Origin: Klebsiella phage VB_KpP_HS106
Length of the DNA: 64,000 bases
Reading direction: 5' to 3' (one strand)
Sequence record: OP764672.1
The translations under genes were made by a program, and so were the position numbers. Each line of letters opens with the position of its first letter. Position 1 is the stretch's first letter. A model generated the notes under the pieces. It did no database searches. It was not told the origin of the DNA and saw only the letters and a list, made by a program, of their open reading frames with translations. Shown piece after piece: positions 18,645 through 28,278 of this stretch.

Positions 18645-20552
18645 TTATGCAGCATCTGCAATGATAGTAGTGGTTTTAGCAGGGAAAGTTACAGAAGCAT
18701 TTATAGCTTGAGTTTTCTTAGCCCAGGCAGCCCCAGTATACCCATCCATGTACAAGTTACCATTTAAAGTAGGTGCATAGGCTGCTCCAGGCCCATCTAT
18801 AGAGACATTTCCCCAGTAGAGGTTAGTGGCCCCTGTCCCAATAATAGAGATAGGAGCTGCGGTTCCTTGTTTATTTTTCAAGGAAACTTTACCTAGTCGA
18901 GGGGCAATATCCGACTGAACCAGAATAGCAGTACCAAATACCCTTTCAATGCTTATCTCATCTACTTGAGCTGCTGCACTGAATCTAACAATGGTATTAG
19001 TTACCGCAGAAGTTGTAGCTATTAAAGATAGCTTACGAACTTTACATGCTCTTGCAAACTCAACAGATACCCCACCTTGCTGGTTATTCATCTGGGCAAT
19101 GTATATCTCACCAATGGTAATTCCAGCGGTGTTTAGATAAACATCGTTATTGAGGGTACTTGCCCCATGCAAGTAGATACCCTCAATATCCACACGCTCA
19201 ATAGCACTATTCGAAGAATCTGTAGCACTAATAAGCCCAGCACCAGCAACAGCCATTTTACTTCTGGCACTAAATTTACCCATTTGAATATCAGAACACC
19301 CTGCATTTAAACCAATGCCGGAGTAAATATCTTTAGCTTTAATATTCCCTATCTGGCCATTGGTGACATTTAACCATAGCATTCCACCAGATAAATTTGC
19401 ATTAAAGTTATCGGTCCAATGGCTACCTAGACTAATAACGCCTCCAATTGACACATTAGAAGCATTTATACTAAGACCACCTGCGCCAACATAGTTACCA
19501 ACAACATTAAGTATAGTAACATTACTGGCCGGGACTCCATCAGCACCTGCTGAAATAGCAACACCACGGGGTTCCCCAGGTTTACCTTCTGCTTTCTTAC
19601 TAATCTCATCCGCATTGGTTGCTTGAATACAACCTACGTAATTGTAAGTTAAACCATCAATATAAACATTAGACCCTTTGCTTATAATCGCATCACCAGA
19701 ACACCAATCCACAGACGTATTCAACATAGTATTATAACCAGTCAAACCATCCTTGGGGTCAGAATAACAAGAAATAACAGAATCTCGTATTTGACTACCT
19801 CCTGTAGTTCCATAGGCTAAAGCTCTGCCATACATACGCATTACTTTACCCAAATTTTCACCCTTAATATTGAATGCAAAACCATATGCATAGCTAAGAG
19901 CCATTGCAGATACTACCTGATTCCATACAGAATCTCTGTTAGCAAAACCGATTACAGTGAAGTCGTAAAAATTATATCCATATTTGATGATTTGAGTAGT
20001 GGTAACATTTAGGCCGGTGTACTGAACAAAAGGTTCATAAGCGCCATTGGTAATAAAGGTACAGCCATTACCCTTGATTTTTCTACGTTCACCATTAACG
20101 TAACCAGAAACATAAGGCAATTTTACCTGTGAACTATTAATTACATATTTACCAGAGGATTCAAATACTAAGTCTAATCCCAGGTACTTAGTAGCATCAG
20201 CTGCTCGTTGAATAGCAGCAGTGTCATCAGTAACACCATCACCCACAGCACCATAGTTTTTTACATAAATAGCCTCAGTAGTTTTTACAGGATATAAAGT
20301 GAAGCTTCCTGCTGTAGTGGTCAGAATTAGGGAATCATTCTGAATCTCCCAAGTTACAGGAGTCCCTGTGGCATTCTGAGTTAACCAACTGGTTTGAGTT
20401 AAAGGTTCATAGAGAACCACAGAATCAGTCACAGGTGTAGAAGTACTTAAGTAGCTAACTTGTGATTTTTTAATTCCGTAAAGTCGAGCTATAGCATCTT
20501 TATTGGTTTGTTTAGCCACTGGTCCAGTGGGTTGTGTAAACATCTTATTCAT
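18645..20552 (-). CDS. tailspike with pectate-lyase-like beta-helix (putative polysaccharide depolymerase)
   Basis: N-terminal motif NYGAVGDGVTDDTAAIQRAADA is the hallmark of the Pectate_lyase_3 right-handed beta-helix. 635 aa. gagga RBS. Confidence 0.75.
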   Translation of the reverse strand: MNKMFTQPTGPVAKQTNKDAIARLYGIKKSQVSYLSTSTPVTDSVVLYEPLTQTSWLTQNATGTPVTWEIQNDSLILTTTAGSFTLYPVKTTEAIYVKNYGAVGDGVTDDTAAIQRAADATKYLGLDLVFESSGKYVINSSQVKLPYVSGYVNGERRKIKGNGCTFITNGAYEPFVQYTGLNVTTTQIIKYGYNFYDFTVIGFANRDSVWNQVVSAMALSYAYGFAFNIKGENLGKVMRMYGRALAYGTTGGSQIRDSVISCYSDPKDGLTGYNTMLNTSVDWCSGDAIISKGSNVYIDGLTYNYVGCIQATNADEISKKAEGKPGEPRGVAISAGADGVPASNVTILNVVGNYVGAGGLSINASNVSIGGVISLGSHWTDNFNANLSGGMLWLNVTNGQIGNIKAKDIYSGIGLNAGCSDIQMGKFSARSKMAVAGAGLISATDSSNSAIERVDIEGIYLHGASTLNNDVYLNTAGITIGEIYIAQMNNQQGGVSVEFARACKVRKLSLIATTSAVTNTIVRFSAAAQVDEISIERVFGTAILVQSDIAPRLGKVSLKNKQGTAAPISIIGTGATNLYWGNVSIDGPGAAYAPTLNGNLYMDGYTGAAWAKKTQAINASVTFPAKTTTIIADAA

Positions 20553-20582
20553 GGGTTAATCCTCATGTTGTAGTTTTAAAAC

Positions 20583-20602
20583 TCCCCACCGAAGTGGGGA
20601 GG
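20583..20602 (-). terminator. hairpin attenuator between tail-fibre genes
   Basis: 8-bp stem ctccccac/gtggggag with cgaa loop, flanked by ttttaaaa. Confidence 0.45.
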
Positions 20603-20628
20603 TAAAAGCTGGTTCAGTAATACGCATA

Positions 20629-23301
20629 TCAAATGCACATACTGAGAGACATAATTAATCCCCCAACTCTAAGCTGTGATGGTGAGACGTTCCATGCAGT
20701 TCCGTTTGCAATATCAACAAATTTGAAGGTTATCAACCCGTTAGTCACTGATGAGATTGATAGTCCTGACAGATTGCGCGGAACGCTTACTGTACCTACC
20801 TGAGAAGCCCCATTCATAACATTTAAGGTATCTACTGCCGCCGGGGGTCGGGACACCCCGCCCCATGTTGTTATGTTGTGAACCGGCATTGTCGAACTCT
20901 GAGTAAGAACATGCGTTGGAATATTTACGAATTTCATATTAAAGCTGGTGGCTGAAGTATCAACTGCGGAAAACACAACATTAAGATACACATCCAGAGA
21001 TTGACCTCGCCTTACATATTTTACAGTTCCACTGTGGGATGTCACACCATTGAAAACAACATGTGTTGCTGCATCTGTAGACCACGTATCAATGTACTGG
21101 TGCAGGTATGCCCCGGAGAGGTTGTCTATATAGTTCTGAAAGAAATCCTGTTTTTTGTTAGCATAAGTTATTGCATTTGTATCATCAAAAATCGCTCCGT
21201 CATGACAGGTCAGATATCCTATCTTATGCTGGTTTCTTCCATCCTTATAGTGTGCAATTCTGCATTTTTTAACTTTTTGGGCGTCTTTATAGAGTAGAAA
21301 CATGTAGTTAGAGATCATGCTTTCATATCCGACAAAGATGGTGCCATATCCCATATAAATATCATTTGTGTCATCAAACACTGCTGCTACATCATACCCC
21401 GTTGTTTCAGGAGTATCACAGTAATAGTATCCAACATAAGATGATGTGCCCATAAACAGCCCAGCCAGCATAGTCCCCCAGCGGTAGCCATCAGCATTAG
21501 GGTCTGTAGAAATTAGAGCCGGTAATCCCCAGCAGTGGATTGTTCCAAAGTAACTAAAGTCACCAGTCCAGGCACCTCTCGCGTATTTTATGCATTTTAA
21601 CTTGTCAATTTTTGTATCTGCACCAGCATTGTAAAAACCATATGCCTTAGAGTATTTGTCGTCATTACTTGGTCTAGCTCTCACGTAGCACTCGACCATA
21701 TCTCCACGCATTGCCCCTTTTTCTTTTGCAATGTATACCCCACCATACTGAAAACCAGCAGTGTATATATAGCCATGTGTAATATATTCCATTACACACA
21801 AGCCTTTACCATCAAATGGTGAAGTGCGAGGAGCACCGCGCATCAAATCATCAAGGCTTGTAGACAACTTTAAATTTTTTATATTGGTGTAAGCATCCGT
21901 AGTAGTACCTCGATATGCCCCCTGCACCCAAGCGTACCCACCATAAGTTGTCTCAAGATTTGTTGCATCTGTCATGACAACATAACCAGAAAAATCAATA
22001 ATTATTCCGGTTGGAGCTATAACTGACTGCCCAACAAGGGTAACTCCTGATTGTGTCAGTAGCACACGGTGAGTAGCAGAGTAATTTAAGGCATTCATTA
22101 ACTGTTCATGACACTCTGTGGAACCAGTAGGGTCACAACCAAACATTGTTACGTCAACTCTATTATCTGGTAAGACTCTTCGCCAAAACCAGTTGCTATT
22201 TACTATGCAGTTAATACCGCCATCTTCAACCGCTGATCCTTTAACCGCCTCGTAGAAACCGAAACCAAAATTAGCACCAGAATTGAAACTTGACAGTGTG
22301 ATTATTTCACCAGCAAATTTTGGAGTGACTGTCTTTAAGTTAGCGTAAGAGTCGACAATTCTCGTTGTCGAAGTTAACTTCCAAGCAAACTCAGAAATTC
22401 CACCAGTTGAATCTGGTGTAGATCCCTCTGGTATAACTTTCGGTAGCTCTCCCCCCCACAAATAGCATTGTCCACCAGCAACATGCCAAACCACATCTTT
22501 ACTTGTGTTAACGGTAGCCCCTTCCTCGAAGCTACCATCAACCAGATTAAGCCCAGCGTCTGCGATATGGCGTTTCCACTGCTCACGGGTATTGACAGTA
22601 TTATTAGATAAAGCCTCTTCCACAGTGATGCCCGCCAGGGTGCCTACATTATTAGCCCCAGCATTAGAAGCTAGAATTAAAGGAAATGATGTGGGATCAT
22701 CACTACTATAAACATCACAGATAGCAGTAACAAGAATAAACCCTTCTTCAGCCTCGGCAATAGCATCAGCGGTGATCCCCTCAGCCAGTGTAATGGTTCT
22801 AGTGACTTTATCAAAAGTAAAACCATACCCTACATCCTGCCGTGCAGAAGCAACGTAGATAGATCGCACATTAAACACAGTCTCAGTCTCAGTCAAAACC
22901 AGAGTATTAGTAGGAGTACTAACCTCAAAATAAACTGGTTTAGTCTGTAATGCTGAGATTTGTTCCTCAAGAAGATCCTGAGCCTGTTCAAGCCGTTCTG
23001 CTGTTTCTTCAAGTACAACCGCAGTATTTGTTACAGAGGATGCAGCTTGAGTTGCTGTACCCGCAGCCGTCTCAGCATTCGTCTGGCTCTGTGCTGCCGC
23101 ACTCGCAGACTCTACTGCTTTGGCTGCTTCCTTAGCAGCATCAGCAGCACTCTGAGCAGCATTATTTTCATATTGCTCCAGATTCTCTTTTTCGAAAGCA
23201 AGTGCATCATTTACTGCTTGCTGGATCTCGTTATGAGATGTGCAGGAATTGCAGCTATTGTGCTTATGCCCACCACATCCACATCCATTATAATGACTCA
23301 T
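20629..23301 (-). CDS. tail fibre or appendage protein (large)
   Basis: 890 aa. Cys/His-rich N-terminal motif, then a long Ala/Gln-rich coiled coil, then a beta-rich C-terminal region. Located in the tail-fibre block. Confidence 0.55.
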   Translation of the reverse strand: MSHYNGCGCGGHKHNSCNSCTSHNEIQQAVNDALAFEKENLEQYENNAAQSAADAAKEAAKAVESASAAAQSQTNAETAAGTATQAASSVTNTAVVLEETAERLEQAQDLLEEQISALQTKPVYFEVSTPTNTLVLTETETVFNVRSIYVASARQDVGYGFTFDKVTRTITLAEGITADAIAEAEEGFILVTAICDVYSSDDPTSFPLILASNAGANNVGTLAGITVEEALSNNTVNTREQWKRHIADAGLNLVDGSFEEGATVNTSKDVVWHVAGGQCYLWGGELPKVIPEGSTPDSTGGISEFAWKLTSTTRIVDSYANLKTVTPKFAGEIITLSSFNSGANFGFGFYEAVKGSAVEDGGINCIVNSNWFWRRVLPDNRVDVTMFGCDPTGSTECHEQLMNALNYSATHRVLLTQSGVTLVGQSVIAPTGIIIDFSGYVVMTDATNLETTYGGYAWVQGAYRGTTTDAYTNIKNLKLSTSLDDLMRGAPRTSPFDGKGLCVMEYITHGYIYTAGFQYGGVYIAKEKGAMRGDMVECYVRARPSNDDKYSKAYGFYNAGADTKIDKLKCIKYARGAWTGDFSYFGTIHCWGLPALISTDPNADGYRWGTMLAGLFMGTSSYVGYYYCDTPETTGYDVAAVFDDTNDIYMGYGTIFVGYESMISNYMFLLYKDAQKVKKCRIAHYKDGRNQHKIGYLTCHDGAIFDDTNAITYANKKQDFFQNYIDNLSGAYLHQYIDTWSTDAATHVVFNGVTSHSGTVKYVRRGQSLDVYLNVVFSAVDTSATSFNMKFVNIPTHVLTQSSTMPVHNITTWGGVSRPPAAVDTLNVMNGASQVGTVSVPRNLSGLSISSVTNGLITFKFVDIANGTAWNVSPSQLRVGGLIMSLSMCI

Positions 23302-23310
23302 ATAATCACC

Positions 23311-24009
23311 TTAAGCTGTTTGAGTGCCAACAACCACACCAGCAGTATCACTTGTAGGGTTGCCTTCAAAAATACGAAGTTTACCATTGGCATCTACCCA
23401 AAGGGTATATCCACCTAATTTCAACTTATTCTGTAAGTTGATAGCCTGAATTTTGACGATAGCCTCTTGAAGGCTAGTCCAAAGAGTAGTCATATCAGAC
23501 AGCATCTGATTAACCTGAGTTCGGTCAACCTGGGTAGCCTGAGCATTAGTGGTGGAGGTTGCTTCACTAGCAGCAGCAGCTGTTGCAGATCCAGCAGCTT
23601 CAGTAGCACTGGTTTCAGCTTCACTTGCAGCTTCCACAGCAGCTACTTTTGCAGCAATGATTTGCTGAAGGATAGTATCCGCATACTTATCATTTGAATC
23701 AGCTTTAGTGACGATCAAGTCTTCAAAAGCAACAGGATAGTCTACAGCAGGGACATAGAATAAAAACTGCCCTGGCATTGACTCATCATCATCTGAATAC
23801 GTTAAATAGTATGGATAGGGTAAAGGCCACAGAGCCATGGCAATATAGCCTTGGTTATCTGTTTTAAATACCATTTCCGTATCTTCAACAATACCTGCAA
23901 AACCAGACCAGAACCCTGCACGTAAAGGCTTGACTGTCACACAGGTGTTAGTCATTGGGGTTCCGTTAGGATTTTTCAGGTAAAGGTTAACTTGTGTAGT
24001 GTTACTCAT
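23311..24009 (-). CDS. tail fibre or adaptor protein
   Basis: 232 aa. Ala/Thr/Ser-rich coiled segment. First gene of the minus-strand tail-fibre operon. Confidence 0.4.
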   Translation of the reverse strand: MSNTTQVNLYLKNPNGTPMTNTCVTVKPLRAGFWSGFAGIVEDTEMVFKTDNQGYIAMALWPLPYPYYLTYSDDDESMPGQFLFYVPAVDYPVAFEDLIVTKADSNDKYADTILQQIIAAKVAAVEAASEAETSATEAAGSATAAAASEATSTTNAQATQVDRTQVNQMLSDMTTLWTSLQEAIVKIQAINLQNKLKLGGYTLWVDANGKLRIFEGNPTSDTAGVVVGTQTA

Positions 24010-24098
24010 ATGTAACCCCCTATAGAAAGATTCCCTAGATAGTAAACTATTTTAGGATCAATGGGCAGATAGTGCCCTTAATTAACTGAGGACTCAAA

Positions 24099-24857
24099 AT
24101 GACTCAACAAGTCGCTGAATACATCGATCACATGGGAGATGATCAACGTGTAGTAGATGTAGCTCGTATCTCATTTGGCCCCCTGAAGAAGGTAACTACC
24201 CCTAAACAGGATGCCAGTCTTATCCGTTTTCTGGCTAATGGTGTAACCAGTAAGGATAAAGAAACAATCCTTAATCTCATTGCTACTGGTTTTGACCGTG
24301 AAGACTATAATGGTATCGGTGATGCTGAGGAGCTGTATAATCAGATCCGTCATCAGGCTGTACACTGGACACCATTCGCCCATACTGCAATCACGTTGCG
24401 TATGAAGGCTCCAATTCCTATTCGTACCCAGTGCTTCAAGCATAAACAGGGTCTGGTTGAGAATGAGGAATCTCGTCGTTACATCAGTGTTACTCCTGAG
24501 ATCTTTATCCCTGAATTCCGACAGAAACCAGAAGGCTCAATCAAGCAGGGCAGTGCTGGTATCCATAAAGCAAATGACTTCTGGAAAGGTGTATACAAAG
24601 AAGCTACAAACAGAGCTGTGGGTACTTATATGAACATGCTTGAAGATGGCATTGCTCCTGAGCAAGCACGTTTCGTACTGCCTCAAGGTGCCATGGTTAA
24701 CTGGATTTGGACAGGTAACCTGTTAGCCTTTGCTAACTTCTTCAACAAGCGATCTGATTCCCATGCACAGCAGGAAATTCAGGATCTGGCCCATGCTGTA
24801 GCAGCTATTGTGGAACCTCTGTTCCCGGTTAGCTGGGCAGCACTCACCAAGTCATAA
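24099..24857 (+). CDS. thyX: FAD-dependent thymidylate synthase ThyX
   Basis: C-terminal ANFFNKRSDSHAQQEIQDLAHAV resembles the ThyX FxxxRxxxxAQxEIR signature. An ESRRY motif is also present. About 250 aa. Confidence 0.65.
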   Translation: MTQQVAEYIDHMGDDQRVVDVARISFGPLKKVTTPKQDASLIRFLANGVTSKDKETILNLIATGFDREDYNGIGDAEELYNQIRHQAVHWTPFAHTAITLRMKAPIPIRTQCFKHKQGLVENEESRRYISVTPEIFIPEFRQKPEGSIKQGSAGIHKANDFWKGVYKEATNRAVGTYMNMLEDGIAPEQARFVLPQGAMVNWIWTGNLLAFANFFNKRSDSHAQQEIQDLAHAVAAIVEPLFPVSWAALTKS

Positions 24858-24943
24858 TGGTTAAATAACCAGATTACAGAATCCGGGGAAGTGAGTTATG
24901 CTCACTACCCTTTTCAACCAACTCAATATTCTTTGGGTAAATT

Positions 24944-26008
24944 ATGACTAAACCTCTCTCACGTATAGAGACTCCAACAGAGTCTTACGTCATCGACTAC
25001 CCCCAAGCTATCGAAGCAGCCACCAGCCAGATGGCTATATTCTGGCCTGCTGAAGAACTGGGTGTAGAGGAAGACGTTGGTGATTTCCATAACAAGCTAA
25101 CTGAAGGTGAACGTGAAGGTATCCTCACTCTCCAAACTGTTCTGACTCAGTATGAGTTAATGATCGGTGGTGAAGAGATGTGGGGTGGACGTATTCAACG
25201 TCTATTCCCTCGCCCTCACATTCAACGTGCCTGTGCTGTATTCGCTATGGTTGAACTGAACTCTCATGCCCCATTCTATGATCTGATTAATCAGTCATTG
25301 GATCTGGCTACAGATGAGTTCTATACCACCTGGAAGCGTGATGAAGATCTATCCAAGCATATTGCATGGATAGATGAACAAGCGTCTTCTGGTGATGCTC
25401 TGGAAGCTACAGCAGCATTAGCATTCCTTGAAGGTGTGATGTTGTTCTCAGCATTTGCATTCTTTAAATCATTCAGCCGTCCTGGCTTTAAGTTGATCCC
25501 CCACTTTGTGGCAGGTATCGACGGTTCAGCCAAAGATGAGAACTATCACAGCATGTTCTCTGCCTGGCTTCATAACACCTGTAAAAAGGAACGTATTGAA
25601 GCTGGCAATATGGATGAAGCCAAACAAGAAGCATTAGCTGATGCTATCTGGAAGATGGCTAAAGATGTTCATGATCATGAGTTCGCTATGATCGAACGTA
25701 TCTTTGCCAAGGCTCCTGAAACCATCCGTGTAGTAACCAAAGAAGAAATGCAGCACTTCATTCGTGATCGGGTGAACGTGGTGCTTAATCGTCTGGGTAT
25801 GCCGAACATGTTCGAGCAAGAGTCAGGCGTTATTTCCAGCTGGTTCTATACCTCCTTGTCTTCCTATAAGTTTGCAGATTTCTTTGCTGGTACTCAGTTG
25901 CAGTACACCCGTAACTGGGCCAAGCATAAACTGGGCTTTAACCAGAACTTAGCTAATGAGCTAATTGGTGCCCGTGATCTGTCAGCCTTATTGAAACCAG
26001 GAGAGTAA
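24944..26008 (+). CDS. nrdB: ribonucleotide reductase small (beta, ferritin-like) subunit
   Basis: FLEGVMLFSAFAFF and DENYHSMF segments resemble R2 diiron helices. Sits directly upstream of the RNR large subunit. Confidence 0.45.
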   Translation: MTKPLSRIETPTESYVIDYPQAIEAATSQMAIFWPAEELGVEEDVGDFHNKLTEGEREGILTLQTVLTQYELMIGGEEMWGGRIQRLFPRPHIQRACAVFAMVELNSHAPFYDLINQSLDLATDEFYTTWKRDEDLSKHIAWIDEQASSGDALEATAALAFLEGVMLFSAFAFFKSFSRPGFKLIPHFVAGIDGSAKDENYHSMFSAWLHNTCKKERIEAGNMDEAKQEALADAIWKMAKDVHDHEFAMIERIFAKAPETIRVVTKEEMQHFIRDRVNVVLNRLGMPNMFEQESGVISSWFYTSLSSYKFADFFAGTQLQYTRNWAKHKLGFNQNLANELIGARDLSALLKPGE

Positions 26009-26010
26009 GC

Positions 26011-27741
26011 ATGTCGTTTAAACCTACAGGAGTAGAGACTTCAGTCGCTACTGAGTTCGAAGCACTTAGTGCCGAGCGTAAGAAGTTACAAGCACAGGGT
26101 TTACTCCCTGATTGGTATACAACTCAAGCATGGCAAATGTTCAAGAGTAAGTACATCGTCGAAAGTGAAGGCTCATTAAGAGCACGTCACCAGAAGATTG
26201 CACACACTCTGGCACGTCATGTACCACAGCTTTATCGTGGTGAGCTTGAGAAAGCATTCTTTGATCTTATGTGGAATGGCATCTTGTCACCTGCTACACC
26301 AGCACTGGCTAATACAGGAACTGATCGTGGTATGCCTGTGTCCTGCTCTGGGCAGGTAGTGGCAGATAGCATTGATGGTTTCTACTCAGCCTTAAGAGAG
26401 ACTGCAATCCTGTCCAAATATGGATTTGGTACTTCAGCAGACTTCTCGGATATTCGTCCTCGTGGTGCCAAGATCAGCACTGGTGGCGTTGCCAATGGTG
26501 CTAAAGAAGTTATTGATGACTTCTTCACTTGTACCAGTAAGGTAAGCCAGGGTGGTAACAGACGTGGTTCTGTTGGTGCTTACCTCGATATCGAGCATGG
26601 GGATTTCTATGAGTGCCTTAACTCATTAAAGACCGATCCCAATGGCAAGAACTATGGCTGGATCATTAAAGATTGTTTCACTGAGAAACTGAAAGCTGGG
26701 GATGCAGAAGCAAACCAGCGATTCGAAGATGCTGTGCATGTCAAAATGCTGACAGGTAAAGGTTATCTGTACTTCATCGACAAGGCTAACCGCCATCGTC
26801 CTGCAATGTACAAAGACCGTGACCTGATGCTTAAGGCAAGCAACCTGTGTACCGAAATAATGCTGCATTCATCCAAGGATCTGACCTATAGCTGTATCCT
26901 GTCCTCACTGAACCTGGTTCACTGGGATAAGATTAAAACCAGTAAGGCAGTATTCTATTCCACTATCTTCCTGGACTGCTTGTGCTCAGAGTTCATCGAA
27001 GTTAGTGATGGTATTGAAGGCTTAGAGAAAGTACGAGACTTCACCATCAAAGGCCGAGCAATTGGCTTAGGTGTAATGGGACTCAGTACTTATTTCCAGT
27101 CGAAACGTATCCCTTACGAGTCACTGGAAGCTCAGTTTATCGATCAGGAGATCTTCAAGCATATCCATGATGAAAGCCTCAAAGCTTCTCAGTGGATGGC
27201 TGAAGTCATGGGTGAACCAGAGTGGTGTAAAGGCCATGGTGTACGTAACACTCACCGTACAGCCATTGCACCTACTAAGAGTACAGCCCTGTTAATGGGT
27301 GGTGTATCTGAATCCTGGTTCCCGGATCCTGGAATGGTATTCGAAGCCAGCTCTGCTGCTGGGCAACTCAGTCGCATCGTGCCTGAGATCTACAAACTCA
27401 TGCAGGAGCGTGGAGTTTACTCAGCAGAAACCATAGACGATATCATTAACCATGTAGGCTCAGTACAACACGTTGACTGGCTTAATGACCATGAGAAGCA
27501 GGTATTTAAGACTGCCTTTGAAATGGATCAACGAGTCCTGTTACGTCGTGCCAGCCTACGTCAGAAACATATCTGCCAAGGTCAGTCACTGAACTTCTTC
27601 GTACCTGAAGATGGCTCAGAAGATCTGATCTCAGAGTTAATGACCCGTTGTGTACTGGATGAAGAAATCCTGTCTGTTTACTACGTCTACTCACGAAGTG
27701 GTGTGGTTGTTAAGGATGAATGCTTAAGCTGCCAAGCTTAA
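26011..27741 (+). CDS. nrdA: ribonucleotide reductase large (alpha) subunit, short form lacking an ATP cone
   Basis: Active-site finger KASNLCTEIMLHSS, GLGVMGLSTYF, and a C-terminal redox pair ECLSCQA. Confidence 0.8.
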   Translation: MSFKPTGVETSVATEFEALSAERKKLQAQGLLPDWYTTQAWQMFKSKYIVESEGSLRARHQKIAHTLARHVPQLYRGELEKAFFDLMWNGILSPATPALANTGTDRGMPVSCSGQVVADSIDGFYSALRETAILSKYGFGTSADFSDIRPRGAKISTGGVANGAKEVIDDFFTCTSKVSQGGNRRGSVGAYLDIEHGDFYECLNSLKTDPNGKNYGWIIKDCFTEKLKAGDAEANQRFEDAVHVKMLTGKGYLYFIDKANRHRPAMYKDRDLMLKASNLCTEIMLHSSKDLTYSCILSSLNLVHWDKIKTSKAVFYSTIFLDCLCSEFIEVSDGIEGLEKVRDFTIKGRAIGLGVMGLSTYFQSKRIPYESLEAQFIDQEIFKHIHDESLKASQWMAEVMGEPEWCKGHGVRNTHRTAIAPTKSTALLMGGVSESWFPDPGMVFEASSAAGQLSRIVPEIYKLMQERGVYSAETIDDIINHVGSVQHVDWLNDHEKQVFKTAFEMDQRVLLRRASLRQKHICQGQSLNFFVPEDGSEDLISELMTRCVLDEEILSVYYVYSRSGVVVKDECLSCQA

Positions 27742-27798
27742 GTGTTTTGTGGGGTGCCCTTCCGGGCACTCTATGAATTCTTTGCAAAGGAAATCCAA

Positions 27799-28278
27799 AT
27801 GAACAAAAAGCATTTAAAACGGGATCTGAAGTATGCCCAAGCAGCACTTCATGATGCTAAAAACTGTTTGAAAATGTCTGTTGCTGAAAGGAAAAAAGCA
27901 TTCTGGAGATCTCAGGTTAAAAATTATGAGATCCAAGTAGTTGAACTTACTGCACAGCTTGGAGCCCTTAAACCTAAACCAGCAGGTAAAACAGTCAGTG
28001 CCCCTAAGGTACTGCTGGCAGCTGCTGGCCATTTAGAGGATCGTGCAGTCACCTATGACAATGCTCAAGGTGAACGTTCCATTCCGTTGGTCATTGAGCT
28101 GTTCAATAAGATTCGCGGTAAGGATCTTACCCCGGCTGATGGGTGGCTCATTCAAGTCCTACTGAAAATCGTCCGGGCAAACCAGGGTGATTTTAAGCTG
28201 GATAACTTTGAAGATCTGGCAGCATATGCAGCCTTGTGGGGTGAGGAATCAGCTAATGATTTACACAAACAACACTAA
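27799..28278 (+). CDS. hypothetical protein
   Basis: aaggaaa RBS then ATG at 27799. 159 aa. Confidence 0.4.
   Translation: MNKKHLKRDLKYAQAALHDAKNCLKMSVAERKKAFWRSQVKNYEIQVVELTAQLGALKPKPAGKTVSAPKVLLAAAGHLEDRAVTYDNAQGERSIPLVIELFNKIRGKDLTPADGWLIQVLLKIVRANQGDFKLDNFEDLAAYAALWGEESANDLHKQH

Noticed and set aside
26011-27741. Class II (B12-dependent) RNR assignment for the short alpha subunit
   Set aside because: The presence of an adjacent ferritin-like beta-type ORF and the C-terminal CxxC tail fit a class I arrangement better. Left as class I with low certainty on the beta call.
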